A stretch of 64,000 nt of DNA, from the NCBI RefSeq assembly GCF_008831285.2, contig NC_045138.2, positions 30,938,001 through 31,002,000 on the forward strand. The letters run 5' to 3'. The stretch is from Nymphaea colorata. Lineage: Eukaryota. The notes beneath the pieces were generated by a model. It was not told the origin of the DNA. It made no database searches and saw nothing but the letters and a program-made list of their open reading frames with translations. Shown here one piece after another: positions 1 to 13,666 of this stretch. A program made the position numbers and the translations under genes. Each line of letters opens with the position of its first letter. The first letter of the stretch is position 1.

Positions 1-1097
1 TAAAAATAAAAAACGATGCATTATCCTTGATCGCAATTTAACATATATATAATATATGAGTTTTTGTATTTTCGGTCCGTTTAATTAATACCTACGTGAT
101 CCAATTTCCAAGATTCAAAGCTTACTAATTCAAATAAAATATCACTTTGATGATGTTTTATAAGTTAAAAGGTTTGAATATTTGAATTTTGAAGTGTAAG
201 GAAATCCTTACTCTCCCTTCAGCAAAATTTCGCTTACAAATTGCAAAACTTTTTCTTATGTTGAATTTTTAGATTTTTGGTCTATCGACTCGTGAGAAAT
301 ACTGTATACGTTCTCTATACTAAACTTACTAAAACATCCGTGCCTTCTTATCTATTGACAAAATCATCCCTCACAACTGCACGACTCGCTTTTCCGGTCA
401 ATTTAGTGGTCGTGTTTGCCTAAAATGATGAGCTGTTCCACTGTTTTTACCACAAACGGACGTCCCTTTCGTTTTGGTCTCCTTTTTCCATAGAGAGGGG
501 TATTTTAGTCATTTTGTACTTAAAAATTTTCTTGATTTTTTCTTGCTCGAGGAAAAATGGAGGAATTAAAAAGTTGTGAAAAGAGAGGGAAGGTAACAAA
601 TTAAAAATTGACCAATAAAGCGGAACTCTTAAGAAAAATACGTCATTTGTGACATGAGCACGTTTGGAAGCGCATGTACCGAGGACATGATATTGCCTCA
701 CAATTTTTTTTTGCATGAGAGTTGTATGTCATGGGAGAACGGAAGATCTGCATAAAAGTGGAAAGATCATTCAGATTGTTTGTTAAAGAAAGAGAGATCA
801 AAGATCATTCAGATTGCCTGTTGCAGAGAGTGAGATCAGAGGCTAGTTTGATGCATGAGAGTTTTGCTTCCTGTAAATCATTTTTTTGTGTGTTCATATC
901 ATTTTGTTGAAACTATTGGCAGATTTAGATTTACTAATCTATTAATGGGTTAATAGATATTGTCCCACTCAGATGAATCTGATAAAAAAAAATTTAAAAA
1001 AAATAAAAAATTGACTTCGTTAGGATTTCGATTCACCATGCAGTTGGACGACAAAACCTGAATTCGATCTGGTATCCAACTGTTAACTGCGGGAGTT

Positions 1098-1737
1098 CTA
1101 CTCAAATTCACTCAGCTCGAGCCTAACTTAAAAACTGGAGCTTATAAACGAATCGAGTTCGAACTAAAACTCAGTCTACCGAACCGAGCTTGAACTGACC
1201 TTGTACAGCTCAACTCGAGATTGAGCCACGCAATATATGAGTCGCGTCAAGTATAGTTAGTCGAGCTCGACTCGCCTAATGTACAACCCTTCTCCAAAAA
1301 TCACAGCAAAAATTCAGACATTAAGCACCATCGTTCCTTTCATCATCTTCTCCATATCTTCTCGGAATGTCGCCAATTTCCAACATACTGAGTTCAGAAG
1401 AACTTTTAGGGTGTGGTTTCAACGGCCACTTTTGTGGAGTTGTTCTTCTGCCTTCCAAACTAGTGTTGTACAATGAGTCGAGCTTAACTGCACAAGTTTT
1501 ACTCAAACTCACTCAGCTCAAGCTTAATTGAAAAATTGGAGCTTATAAACAAGTCGAGTTAGAGTTACGTGAATAGAGATCAAGCTTAAACGAGCTGAGT
1601 TTGAACCAAGACTTGGTCTGTCAAATCGAGCTCGAACTGACCTCATACAGCTCAACTTGAAGTTGAGCCAAGCAATATATGAGTCGAGTGAGTCAAGTAG
1701 AGTTAATCGAGCTCAACTTGCCTAATGTATAGCTTTA
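1098..1737. mobile_element. Two tandem copies of a GAGCTCGAG/GAGTCGAG-rich non-autonomous DNA transposon
   Basis: About 1098-1290 and 1461-1737 share long blocks (ctcactcagctc.agc.taa, gagcttataaac, aatatatgagtcg, cctaatgta). Terminal motifs TAGTGTTGTACA (1461) and TGTACAACCCT (1280-1290) are near-complementary. Confidence 0.65.
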
Positions 1738-1749
1738 CTCCAAAATATT

Positions 1750-2063
1750 GTCATAAAAAATGTGTACGGGTAATATACGGTAAGAAATTTCTCGAGTATA
1801 ATACGACAAAGTTGTATATCTCGAGAATATCTTAACGAATTTTAAAAAAAATTAAAACATTTAATAAATTTTGAAAAAATATATAAAAAATAAAAATTAA
1901 TAAAAAAACAAAAAAAGGGTATAATATGTATAATACGAGTATTATACATGTTTTTTGTTTTTTGGCATTTTTTTTAAAACGTGTTTTTTTCACGTCTTAT
2001 ACTGTTGACTTATTTTTCACGGTTTATACGCGTTTTTTTCTAATAAAATGCATTTTTTGTGAC
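1750..2063. mobile_element. MITE with 13-bp TIR
   Basis: GTCATAAAAAATG at 1750 and CATTTTTTGTGAC ending 2063 (1 mismatch). Internal TATAATACG/CGAGTAT motifs and an A-rich/T-rich symmetric core. TSD degenerate. Confidence 0.6.
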
Positions 2064-3450
2064 AAAATTGTTGGAAAAAAAGAAAAAGAACAAATTAGAG
2101 CGCTAGACCCTGAATTGTTTGAATGATTCCACCATTTTTCTCGTAAATGCAAATGGTTAGCGACAAAAATCAACGCTATAAAATATCAAAGAATGTTTGA
2201 AAAGAAAAATTAAACCTGCGCACAAACATAATGGAAGAGGGAATATTACTTGTAGTGTTTGGAACGGTGACAACAAGGATTATTCTCCATGGACGCTTCT
2301 GGGATATGCATGTAGACGTCCTTTTCCACCTTCCAAGTCAGCGATCGATGGAGCTTAACGATCCGAGAATCGCCTCCTTTCCAAAGTTTAAAGCGAAAAA
2401 ACCAGTAAGAAAAGAAAAAGTTGGGATTGTTTGGAGAATAAGTGTCGGAAGGTGAGCGATATATTTTAACAAAAAGAAAAATCCCAAGCATCTTATCTGA
2501 AAGGGGAGATTCGAACTTGCCTTGCGTTGTTATTTTTTTCCCCCCAAAAGAAGAAAGGGAAACAAATGAAATGAAAAAAAAAAGAAGTCGATGGCGTTTT
2601 CCATGGAGCCATTGCTGAACTTTTCTATTCTCAGGGAACCAAAGTGAATTTGGAAGGGCATCTTCTTCTTTTTCATCTTTTCTGCTTGTTTTTCTTGCGC
2701 TTCGCTAAATTGGTAGGGTTTCAGATGCACAGCATGGACCTAACGTGATCTTCATCTTTATTGCCTCTTTCCCTTTCTTTGATTGGGACCTGTTTTTTAA
2801 TCATAATTCCAAAAGCCGCCTCACTTTTCTATGACAATTCTAAGTGTTTAGCTGGGGGTCATACTTTTCCTTTCTTCCGTAGAAATTCATAGAAGACTGC
2901 GTTAGTGTTAGTGTTCATAGTTGATATTATTAGCTTGGCTCAATTGGTCAGGTACTTATCAAAATAGAGCAAAAACTATTTCTGTGTTATGGTGTAAGCC
3001 ATAAGTTGGCAAACTCGGGAATCGGACTCAGATTGGTAGATGACCAGGTCAGTTGAGTTGATATAGTGTATTTTTACTGTAATCGTGTAGTGTAAATTTA
3101 CTATCTCCCCACCCAGCATAGAGCAACATGATTTTGGTTATGATCTGTCAATAATTCTAACAATACAGAAGGTTAATTATGAATCTAAGAACACTTAGCT
3201 TGTATTTATCTTTCTTTCTCTCTCCATGGGTCTTGGGTGTTTAGAAATTGATGGTAAGAATATATTTACAAATTGTTGGGCTAGCATTCTTTTCATATCC
3301 TTAATAAAAGCTTTCATGAAAAAAAAAAGATAAAAAATGGTTAAAAATCAAAGGATCAGGATTACAATGCCGTAAATATAGAAAAGTGTGTGCCCACATG
3401 TAGTTTAAACCCGAAGAGTATTTTGGTCATTTTGCAAGAGCATTTTTTAC

Positions 3451-3765
3451 TAAGGGTGGGCATCGGGCCGGGCCGGGCCCGATAAAGGCTGGCCCGATCC
3501 GGCCGGGCAGCCCGGCCTGATAGCCCGGGTCTCGGCCTGGGCTCGGCCCGTTTAAAAATAAAAAATAAAAATTTTTAATCATAAAATAATTTTTAAATAT
3601 AAAATATATTTATTAATAATAATATATATTATTAAAACAAAAAAATTAAAAATATATTTTTTTTTTAAACTTAAATGGGCCGGGCCAACCCGAGCCGGCC
3701 TATCGGGCCCAGAAAATCCTGGCCCAAGCTCGGGCCCAACCGGGCCGGCCCGACGCCCACCCTTA
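3451..3765. mobile_element. hAT-type MITE with GGGCCG-rich subterminal repeats
   Basis: 21-bp TIR TAAGGGTGGGCATCGGGCCGG / CCGGCCCGACGCCCACCCTTA (1 mismatch). 8-bp target-site duplication TTTTTTAC (3443-3450) / TTTTTGAC (3766-3773). AT-rich core. Confidence 0.85.
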
Positions 3766-4421
3766 TTTTTGACCCATACTATTGTTGTCCTTATAGAGGA
3801 AATCTTACATTTAGTCAGCATGGCATTTTGGTCATTTTTCAGTCTATAGCACATGGTCCCTTGTTATGGACATAACATATGCCCTGCTCTAAAAATAGAG
3901 GCAGGGTATGAAGATTTGCAAAAGAGTTAGTGGTTTTTGAAGGATATCAACTAAAGGCCAGGTTGTGATCGGAAAACCACAACATTTTTTCCCTTTTACA
4001 AGACCAGCTAGGGGACAACACCCCCTAATTTGCACATTATTTTTAGCATCCTCCACTGGGGAAGAAGGAACAACGGAATGTACCAACCAATAAAGCAACA
4101 CTTGCTTCATGGACAATACGACAATATACTGAGCTAGGTATATTGAGTGAACCTGCCTACTTCAACGTTGATCCAACGATTATCTCCCTCTCCCCCCTTT
4201 TAGCAAGTGATGGGTAGCACAATCCGTCAGGTTGGGTGACATGTTATAGCCAAGTCGTCAGTTCAATTTCTGGAGGGTGTTATTATGATGGAATTGAGGA
4301 ATAGTATTGATCTTGAGATTATGAGTGTCATTATGGGGAGAAGTAGACCGGTTTTTATACCCTCATCTTGTCCCCTCTCCTTTCTCTTTCCCATTCTCTT
4401 TCGTTCTCGTTTTCTCTCCCT

Positions 4422-4424
<3 letters not shown>

Positions 4425-4478
<54 letters not shown>
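4425..4478. repeat. (TA)n microsatellite; similar tracts at about 26242, 26972, 45705 and 47557, plus (TG)n(AG)n at about 37600
   Basis: Read directly from the sequence. Confidence 0.95.
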
Positions 4479-4481
<3 letters not shown>

Positions 4482-7400
4482 AATAGGTACGAGGCAACAT
4501 AGAACTCCCCGACATATATATAGTTCAATGTTGCCATTACTATAGAAAAAAATCATTAAATTGACATTAACCTTGAAGCTTCCATTTATGCTGTGGTGAT
4601 GATGGTTTATGATAGTACTAGTGATGATTTGTGTGTGTGTGTATATATATATATATATAGCGAGCTAGAGAGAGAGAACCGATAAAATGTGAATGCATAA
4701 CAAAATTTGGGAACAAGAAGTCCCCTAGATAAAAGAACAAACCGCAAAAACAAAACAAAAGAATGAAAGATATAAGACAGTAGCATAATAAAACAAAATA
4801 AGGAGGATGAGGTGAGAGTGAATAGACGAAATGACAGAGTCACTCAGCAGCAAACAAAAGATGATGTTATAGCCGAATAGCAAAGTGGACATCCCCCTAC
4901 ACAAGGAGTGCCATAGAATTCGGCGATGAGGAGAGAGAAAGATCTAAAGGCTGAATATTATTGACAGCAGTGATAAAACCACTTGCGTGTGCGGCCTGCC
5001 CATATGAGGTTCTTCTCTTTTAGCTTCATCTTGCGTGAAGAGTAACAAAGGAAAGAAAAGTATGCGTGTCTTATGATATATAGTCTCATATATTCCCTCC
5101 CCACTTAGAGTTGCAAACAAATGCATTGTGGTCAGACCGAAATCGAATCTGGTACATTAGAAATTGACAAAATCCTCAAACGATGTGAACCAGTACTTCG
5201 AACCCTAGCTAGTCCCCACTATATATTCTATTAAACTAGAAAGTAGAACTTCTAAGCAAATGCTGTGAATGAAATAGAGAGGTGAATATAATTTACCAAC
5301 AAAGTAAACTACTTAGATAAAAGGAGGCGACTAACGCAGTGATGCACCTGTAAATATGACTGTTTGATATTCCAGTTACTCCATATTAGTTTATCTCGTG
5401 ACCCTTTTTTTTTCACTTTTTTTATCTCTACAGTCAGCGGCTCAACGTAAAGAAAGAAAGTCAAAATTACCATGCAAAAAATAATATTATGGAAAAGATA
5501 AAAAGGACACAAATCACATCTTTCATTTTTGTTGTTAATCAGAATATGCAAATTTGATACAAACAGCACGCCTTTTTGGCGCAAGTATAAAGAGGCTCGC
5601 CAGGAAATTCCATGTACTTTGTTTTGATCAATATTATTTTCAAGCATTGTCAGCATCTTCTATAAAGATTTTAAGGAGCCCCAGAATGTACGTGGGATAA
5701 TTGCATGAAGAATGAATATTTTTCTTGGCAACAATGAGACCGGACGGAAAGATGGACAAAGTTTTGTGCGAAAGGGATTTGTGATCTGACTAGTTTTCTA
5801 GAAGAATTTTAATTATGTGAACTTTTTATGTATACATCTTCAGCTTGTATTGGCCAATGGATCTAGCTAGCTAGTCTAAGACTCTAATGATCTATATTGA
5901 TCAGTTAGGAGCTCTAATCTTGCTAGGAACTTAGGTGGATAGTCACTTTATGCAATTTTCTTTTTGGACTGTTCAATCAAAAGCTTATTGGAAAACTTCC
6001 TTTCAATTTCCCATTCCAGCTTTTTCAATATAATCTTAGTTTTGAATCACGGTGATAAATCCTAGCTTCTTGTATATTCCGATCCTCAGTGAGAAATCAT
6101 ACATGGTTTCGGAGAAGAAAATTAAAAGCATCTTGGACTTGCTTTACATTAGAAATTTACAGTAGGGTAGTTTATTAGACAGAGATTCACCAGAAAGGCT
6201 TAAAAGCTCACAACCAACATCAATCTTGGCAAATGAGTCCATTGACGAGCAAAGAGCTAATTGAAATGAACACTGTGTTGATTAATTTCTTTATTGGGAT
6301 TTTGTGAGAATTTGACTGTCCATAGGCAGATGCGTTGGAATTACTGCAACATCTCTTGGTGAAAGGCACATGCATAAAAACGGTTAGTACCATGCTAAAT
6401 ATATTAAACCCCAGGCAATTGTAATTGACTATAAGCAAAAACCTTTATGGTAGGGTGAGTAAGAAGAATATTTAGTCTTACATTCCAATAAGATTGTTTT
6501 CTATGTCTTAGATAAAGCACTCAGTGACTTTTTTTTACAACACAAAAAGTTGGTGAAGCAAAAACTCTGTATGTGAGAGAGAGAGAGAGTGTGTGTGTGT
6601 GTGTGTGTGGAGGAGGGTGGTAGTGATTGGGACGATGGAAGGAAGGGCTGTCAACGTATGGTCCATGATTAAAGAGTTGCTGTGTTGTGCCTATTCTCAA
6701 AAGAAAAAGCAAAAGATGGAAAATTTGTTTAGGAGAAAAGAGAAGAGAGGAAGACACGATCCGTCCAAATAGTACTTGCAACTGGATCGAGTTTCGAAAT
6801 GTACAAAAGCACACTTTTGGTCAGTTTCCCAAACATTTCCAAGAAGGGTCTTTTTTTAGATTGTCTTCCGATCCATCCGACTCAGACCCCATTTCCTACA
6901 TTTCTTTCCATTGAATGAGCGAGCGAGAGATACCTTCTCCCTACTTCTATCTTCATGTGAACAGAAACATCTCTCTCTCTGGCCATATTCCTGTAACTAA
7001 AGTGAGAAAAAGAAATATTCTTTGGTAAAATCGGAGAGACAAAAGGGATATTCACAAGTGGAGAATATGTGGGAACGTGTCTGCAAGCGATTCCCATTCA
7101 TGGTGGTGAATGCTGGTGGGCCTCCATGTGAAGCGGCGGGACACCTCTCTCTCTCTCTCTCTCTCTCTATAACTTCAAAATACCAAATTGCTCATAAACT
7201 TTAATGGAACTGTAGCTTGTGTTTTTTATGTCTACGCTGTTTTGAGATTTAAGATCTAATGACCGAAACTTTATATTATAAATTTCGTTGAAAGATCTAA
7301 GGGAACTGATCCGGACATCAATTTTTGATGTTTTAGAAGATAACTTAATCCATTACTGTTTGAAAATAATATGGAATTCTGAGTTGAAAAGAACATTGTG

Positions 7401-8645
7401 TTTAATTGCACTACAGTCTACCCTTTACAGTAATCTTTGATGTTCATCCACCTTCTTTCTTTCTCTGGATAACCAACGGTGGTGAAACGGGGAATCTTTG
7501 TGGTAGAGAGAGGGGGAAAAAAAGGTTGGCGTTGGAGGCTTGCAAATCAAGACTCCCCTTTTTTGAGGTTTTTAGTCCAACAATCAAATCCAATAATTGC
7601 AACAGCGAATTCGATGCACTCTTTCTTTGGCCACCAAAATTCTCCAAGATCACTAGAATCTTCCTACCTTCCTCACCACTGCATTAAAGTCACTAAGCAC
7701 AAGCCTCAGATTCCCAACTTTAATTCCTCTGTCTCTCTCTCATATGATAATTTTTTTTCTGCTCTTGGTTAATGGGTTTAGATAAATTTTTTCAGAAAAG
7801 TTTAATAAATTTATGCCTCTGCATCCATTTGGACTAGGAATTATAAGATGTAACGTATGAAGACTATCCTTGTTCTTATGCCATGATCACCGAATGAAAT
7901 GACCAGCCTGAATAATACTAGCTAGCTAGCTACGACTCTGACTAAGGAGAATGTTAGGTCATTTCATCAGGGAGTGATGTTATCTGCTTCGTTAGAAAAG
8001 TTGGTAGTTGCCGGGGAGAGAAGGCGCAGCAGAATCTCTCTCTCTATAAAGTCTCTGTATATCTTCAGCCTTGCCGCAGGGAATGCAAACTCCTGAATGT
8101 TGAATTCTCAGTAGTTGTTAACTTCAATGCCTTGATCTGATTGATTTTGTGTTGAAATGGTTGTTCCTCTATTCGAAGGAAAACAAAAGAGGACTTGGGT
8201 AGTTGTAATTCTTATGTAGACAAGTATTTGGAAACCAAACGAGGAAATAAAAAATCTCTTGTGTGAAAATTTGAAGAAATTTTGAATTTTCACGAGCCAA
8301 GAGGAAGTACTGCACATGGTTTTCCACTTGATTCTTCATCCTCCATGTTGTAAACTCTTTTTTTTTTTTTCAGCTTTGCTGTTTCAAAGAAATTACCATC
8401 CTTTGCTTTATCGCTTTCTTTTTCACAGCCTTACTTTATTCTTTGATCGCTCACTCCCTCTCTCTCCCCCTCTAAAAAGAGACTGATCCCCGATATCCCC
8501 TTCCTCGTCTTCTCATATTCCATTCATCCACAGCATCCCCGCCAGCTCCCTTAAACCTCTTATTCCACATTCACCACGATATCCCATTACATGAACTCAT
8601 TGCCAAGGGAGAATTAGAAGAATTCAGAGAGATCAAGAGAAAGAG

Positions 8646-11600
8646 ATGAATCCTTCAACTGAGTTCAGCATAGAGGGCAAGCCCTGCAGCTTCTCCTTCC
8701 TCCTCAAGTCGCTGGGTGAGGAGTTGGACAAGACCCACAAGCTCCAAGAGTTCATCAGCCGCCTGGAAGAGGAACGCCTCAAGATCGACGCCTTCAAACG
8801 TGAACTCCCGCTCTGCATGCAACTCCTCAACGATGGTACATACCAGTCCCTCCTTCGTCTACCCTTCTTTAATTTGAGCTTCTTAATTTCCTGTTGAACA
8901 CCATCATCAGAATACGTAACGCACGTGTAAGTTGACCAGTACACTTCTGTTGAATCTCATCCGCAATTCTCTCCCTTCCCCTCTCTCTTTCCCTCTCTGA
9001 AGGGGTGTACTCCAAATTCAAATCAGAAACGAACGAAAGACAAGGCGTCAAAAATATCTTTTAAAGGAATATGATATGGTAACATGTTTGTAGATACTGA
9101 TTTAGTAAGAAGCATACTTTTTGCTGTGAAAGATATTGATTTTTTAGGAACAAACTTTTATTGGTATTTTTTGAAATCTACATTTAAACTGAAAAACTTA
9201 TTAAGTTAAATACATGCTTCCTAGAAGTCACTCTTTAAGATTGCCCCCTGGTTAAACTGCACAAAAGTCAGAAATTCTAGCTGGCTGGCGATCGAAAAGC
9301 TCTTTAATGTCCTCAATCTCGAGGCGAACCATGGCCATAGCCAATTAGAGGCTTACCTCTTCCTTATGAATAGCCATGTGTCCTGCAGATTGATGGGACC
9401 CCGCTCCCCCCGGAGACATGGCTGTTCAGGTCGTCGAACCAACCAGCTTTTCAGGCGACAAACAACGCATGGCCAATGTTCAGGAAGTCGGTCGCCTGTT
9501 ATATTATACTTTTGGAAGCCATGAACATATAGAACATCCCACTATCAGAGTGTTCCACATAAAAGTTGTTTAATTCTTTCAAAAAGGTTTTGAAATCATT
9601 CTTATGTTTCCACCTTCGGTGATTGAGGTTTTGATCGTTCGTTATCGTTTGTTTGGCCTGAAGATGAACAGCTAAAGTTTGAGATTTTTTTTTTTTTTGG
9701 TCTGGCCATGCAGCCATGGAAGCTTCCAGGCAGCAATTAGCAGCCGGCAGTCAGGCGAATCACAACCCCATGCCCGTTCTTGAGGAATTCATACCTCTTA
9801 AGCATCAGGAGACGTCAGAAAGAAGCCTCAACTGTACTGTTGATGCAACCACCGCAACGGCGGCCGGCACCGGAAGTTGGATGGCGACGACGCAGATATG
9901 GAGTCAATCCAATGATGGCAGCAAGAACCAAGGTCCTGCAGTTTCGATGGAGCCCGAGCATGGTCTGGTCGGAAGCTCTAAGCTGGCTTTGGACGTTAAA
10001 CAGAGAGTCGGTGGCGCGTTTCTTCCTTTCTCCAAGGAAAGGAACGGTGCAACTCAGCAGGGTTTGAGATCCCAGCTGCCTGATCTGGAGCTTGCTCCCA
10101 GCGACAAGAACGGAGACGAGACCAAGCGGCCGGAGACGGTGGAGTTGGCAGTTCCAATCTCTAGAATCAAGGCTAATGATCAAAGCAGTGCAAGTCAAGG
10201 CAATTGCAACGGAGGCGGCGGTGTGGTGGGTGGAGCAACAGAAAAGATCAGCGGAAATGAGGTGCAAGCAGCAGGAGGGGGGCAGACTCACAGGAAACCC
10301 AGGAGATGTTGGTCGCCTGATCTACACCGGCGGTTTGTGAACGCTTTGCAGCAGTTAGGTGGTTCTCACGGTAATTACTACTTGAGGAGAGAGAGAGAGA
10401 GAGAGATGCATGAAAATCTAAATGATTCCATTTTTTAGATTATTGCCTAATACTTTCATTGCAAAGTTTGCTTATGAAAATCTGAATGCTTCTACATTTG
10501 AGATTCTTTCCTACCATTTCACAGCGAAGTCTGATTTGGTGTTACCTTTGATTTATGCAGCGGCGACACCCAAGCAGATACGTGAACTGATGAAAGTTGA
10601 CGGATTAACCAATGACGAAGTTAAAAGCCACCTACAGGTCTCTCTCTCTCTCTCTCCCTGCCAGTTTATTTATAATTAGTCCCCAAGAAACTTTCGTGTT
10701 TCTGTATGTGACACCATACATTTAAAGCTGTTACATCCCAAACAAAGTTGCTGAACAGCAGAAAAAGCACAACATGGTAATCTTTTATATGTAGATGAAA
10801 AACTGGTCCCAAAACTTTCCTTGGACTCACTAACAGTGGCAGATATACAGTGGTTCTTTACTTTCCCCCTCGTTTGGGTATGAGAAGAGAAGTCGACCCC
10901 ATCTTTAGTGTGACTACTTAGAGAACAATTTCATAAAAATTATCGATAACTGGTACCTTAACTTGATGCCGCGCGTCTGCTGTTTCTCTATGTATGTATA
11001 CTTAAAGATACATTTCAAATAAAAAAGAAGAAAAGCGCTGTTTCTTCACGTACAGTTTCTAGCTGCGAATGCAATGACCCAGTTCAGGATTTGGAGCAGA
11101 TCTCAACTTGCTCTCTTGGAGCGCTTGGTTTTGTACCCAGAAAGGCTATGAACCAGCAAAACTAATGACATGAGAGAACTTTTTGATGCACAAACTAAGA
11201 AAAAGAAATTGTATAATAAGATGGTATTGGTACCGCCATAACTCCAAAACTTTTTACATGTATAATAAGATATACTTGTCCAGAATTAATTTTGGTGGTT
11301 TCCCTCCACAAAACGCACTCTTCGTTACTGATTAGCCTAAAGTTTCCATGATTTGGTCTCCTTCAAGGAAGTTTCCATGGAACAAGCCATCTGAGATGCT
11401 TTAATTATTGTGTGGTGTACAGAAGTACAGGCTTCACACACGAAGGCCGAGCCCCACTCCACAGGCAGTGACAACCCCTGCAACTCAGCTGGTTGTTCTG
11501 GGTGGTATTTGGGTCCAGCCAGAGTACACAACAGCAGCCCACACCGCTGCAACCGGCATATACAGTGCCACCATAGCAGCGGCGGCAGCAGCACAATCAG

Positions 11601-12046
11601 CGCCGCCGACGACGCAGCCACTGCCACCAACTCACTACTGCCATCCCTCCCCTCTACCTCAGGACTTCTGTACTCAACTAAGCACTCCTCCACACCACCA
11701 GCTCCGCCACGTCTACTGCGACCAGCAGTTGACTGCTAACCACAATGGCAATGCTGGTGACAAGGACAAGAACGACAACAGTAACAGCGGTAGCGACGAC
11801 AATAACAATAAGACTTCTTCGAATTCCCGGAGCTCGCCGCGGTCGAGCACTGCCGGCGAGCGATCCCAGAGCGTCGAGGAAGAAGGCAGGTCGGAGAGCG
11901 GGAGCTGGAGAGGGGAGAGCACCGAGAATGAGGGGGGCAGATCGATGGGAAGAGCTTTGTCTTTGAAGAGGAGGACCACGTTGAGGAGCGAAGAGGAGGA
12001 AGATGGTGAGGAAAGCACCGGAAGCGACATCACCCTTAAGTTCTAG
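8646..12046 (+). CDS. EFM: EFM/HHO4-like GARP G2-like MYB transcription factor (HRS1/NIGT1/HHO family), 4 exons
   Basis: Exons 8646-8835, 9714-10370, 10561-10637, 11423-12046, all GT-AG and phase-consistent. N-terminal coiled coil [30 protein letters not shown] motif, GARP domain [61 protein letters not shown], then VVLGGIWV. The N-terminus ([11 protein letters not shown]) best resembles the EFM clade as I recall it. Confidence 0.92.
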
Positions 12047-13666
12047 GATTTTCTCGAAATATCATTGAGTTGCCTGATTACGTTTGAGGTGTTGCAGTTT
12101 TCCAGATGACCTTTTCCTTGGATTTTCTCTCTATTTTACTTCTCTTTTTTTCTGGGGATCTTGGTATAAGGAGGGCGACCACGTAGTGCATGTTTATCAT
12201 ATTGATGTTGTAATTAGTTGAGGACGGGGCGACGTCTTTGAATGTTCATTATCGACCAGGCAAAATCTCTCTCTATCTCTCTCGCTCTCTCTGTTGAACG
12301 AGTCTGTAGTTTTCACAATAAAAAGCAGAAAAGAAGAAGAAATTTTGCAAGGCTTAGAATATTATTCCAGTATCAACTACCCATCATCACGAACAAATAC
12401 GTATGCTTTACTTGTTACGTCCTCCAAAGAGATGAATGCACATGTCCGCGACTTTTTGGAGGATTCGGGCATCTGTCAGAAAGAGGGATTTATTCTGCTC
12501 TCTAGAACTGGTAGCTAATTCGGGCCAGAGCCGGAAGGAACTATAACAATGTGCAATTTTTTTAGAACCACTTTATCTGGAACAAAGTTAAAAAGTATCT
12601 CCTAGATGGAGAACTATTCCTCCTCGACGATGTTGCAATGGCGCTTTTGTTGATGGCTGGAGCTTTCGGGAAACGAGGCACCCCCACCAAGAATTAGCTC
12701 GGGGATCCTTCCAATTGAAAGTTACTCGCTCTTTTCAATCACAAGTTGCAATCAAAATTTTGTGATCTTCCATAGCTGTCGTCTCTCCTCTAAGCAGTCA
12801 AAATCGTGGCAACATGCAGGAAGCATCCATGCAACATAACCAGGATGGACAGACACGCAACAGGATTTCTCTTCGCTTCATGAGGAATAAGAACAATCTC
12901 GCACTCCTCAGATCTGTGTAATGGATAAAGCATCCCTGATTTCATAAGAGTCATTCCTTTAATTGTGCCTTCATCCTTGAAATCATGCCTGTTAGATTCC
13001 AGTCTGTGATCGTCTCTGATCCTAAAGACTATGAAGATCATATCTACAATCCATAAACAGATCCCAGAAGAGGGAAAATGAGGATGGAAATGAAGTATTA
13101 TATGATCCAAGAATGTCTTGTAACTCACTCCATTTGTTCCAGAGGAGTTGAGAATGGAGTTTGTCCTCCAGTTATAAAGCAATGACCGGTCAGCCACCTA
13201 TATAAGTTAGACCAGACAATAAATTCCCTGCCCAACATGCCAGCGTCTTTACCTACGTCTTTTCTTACCTGTGTGTGTGTGTGTGAACGTGCTGTACATA
13301 TGTGCACAACTTGTCACGACATGTTGAACTAAGAGATTTCTATTAACAATGTTCTCAAAAGAATAATGTCTTTCGATAACTTGAAATGTTCCCGATAGGA
13401 GGTAGGAACTGAAAGGTGAATGATGTTTCTACAGTCTAGCTAATTAATTAGATGCAACTACTAATATAAATGAACATGGAAGATTCAACTTGACAATGAA
13501 ACAAAATCCAGGAATCCTATAGAAAAACTAAAGACAGGCCTTTGAAGCAGAGTAGACATCAAAACAAAGAAAATAAAACAAAAATGGTTTCGGAGTGCTT
13601 GATGTCAGCAGGAACCAAATTTGTTCTTCGCAGTTCATTAGTTCCATGATAGTGCAATTGAATGGG

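Noticed and set aside
8601..8615. TGCCAAGGGAGAATT resembles the 5' part of miR399 (14/15)
   Set aside because: It is in the same sense as the miRNA in the EFM leader, so it is not a target site. The match is short and no complementary star arm was seen nearby.
12790..13197. 135-aa minus ORF between EFM and BASS2
   Set aside because: Non-ATG start, no known motif, and it crosses apparent splice sites.
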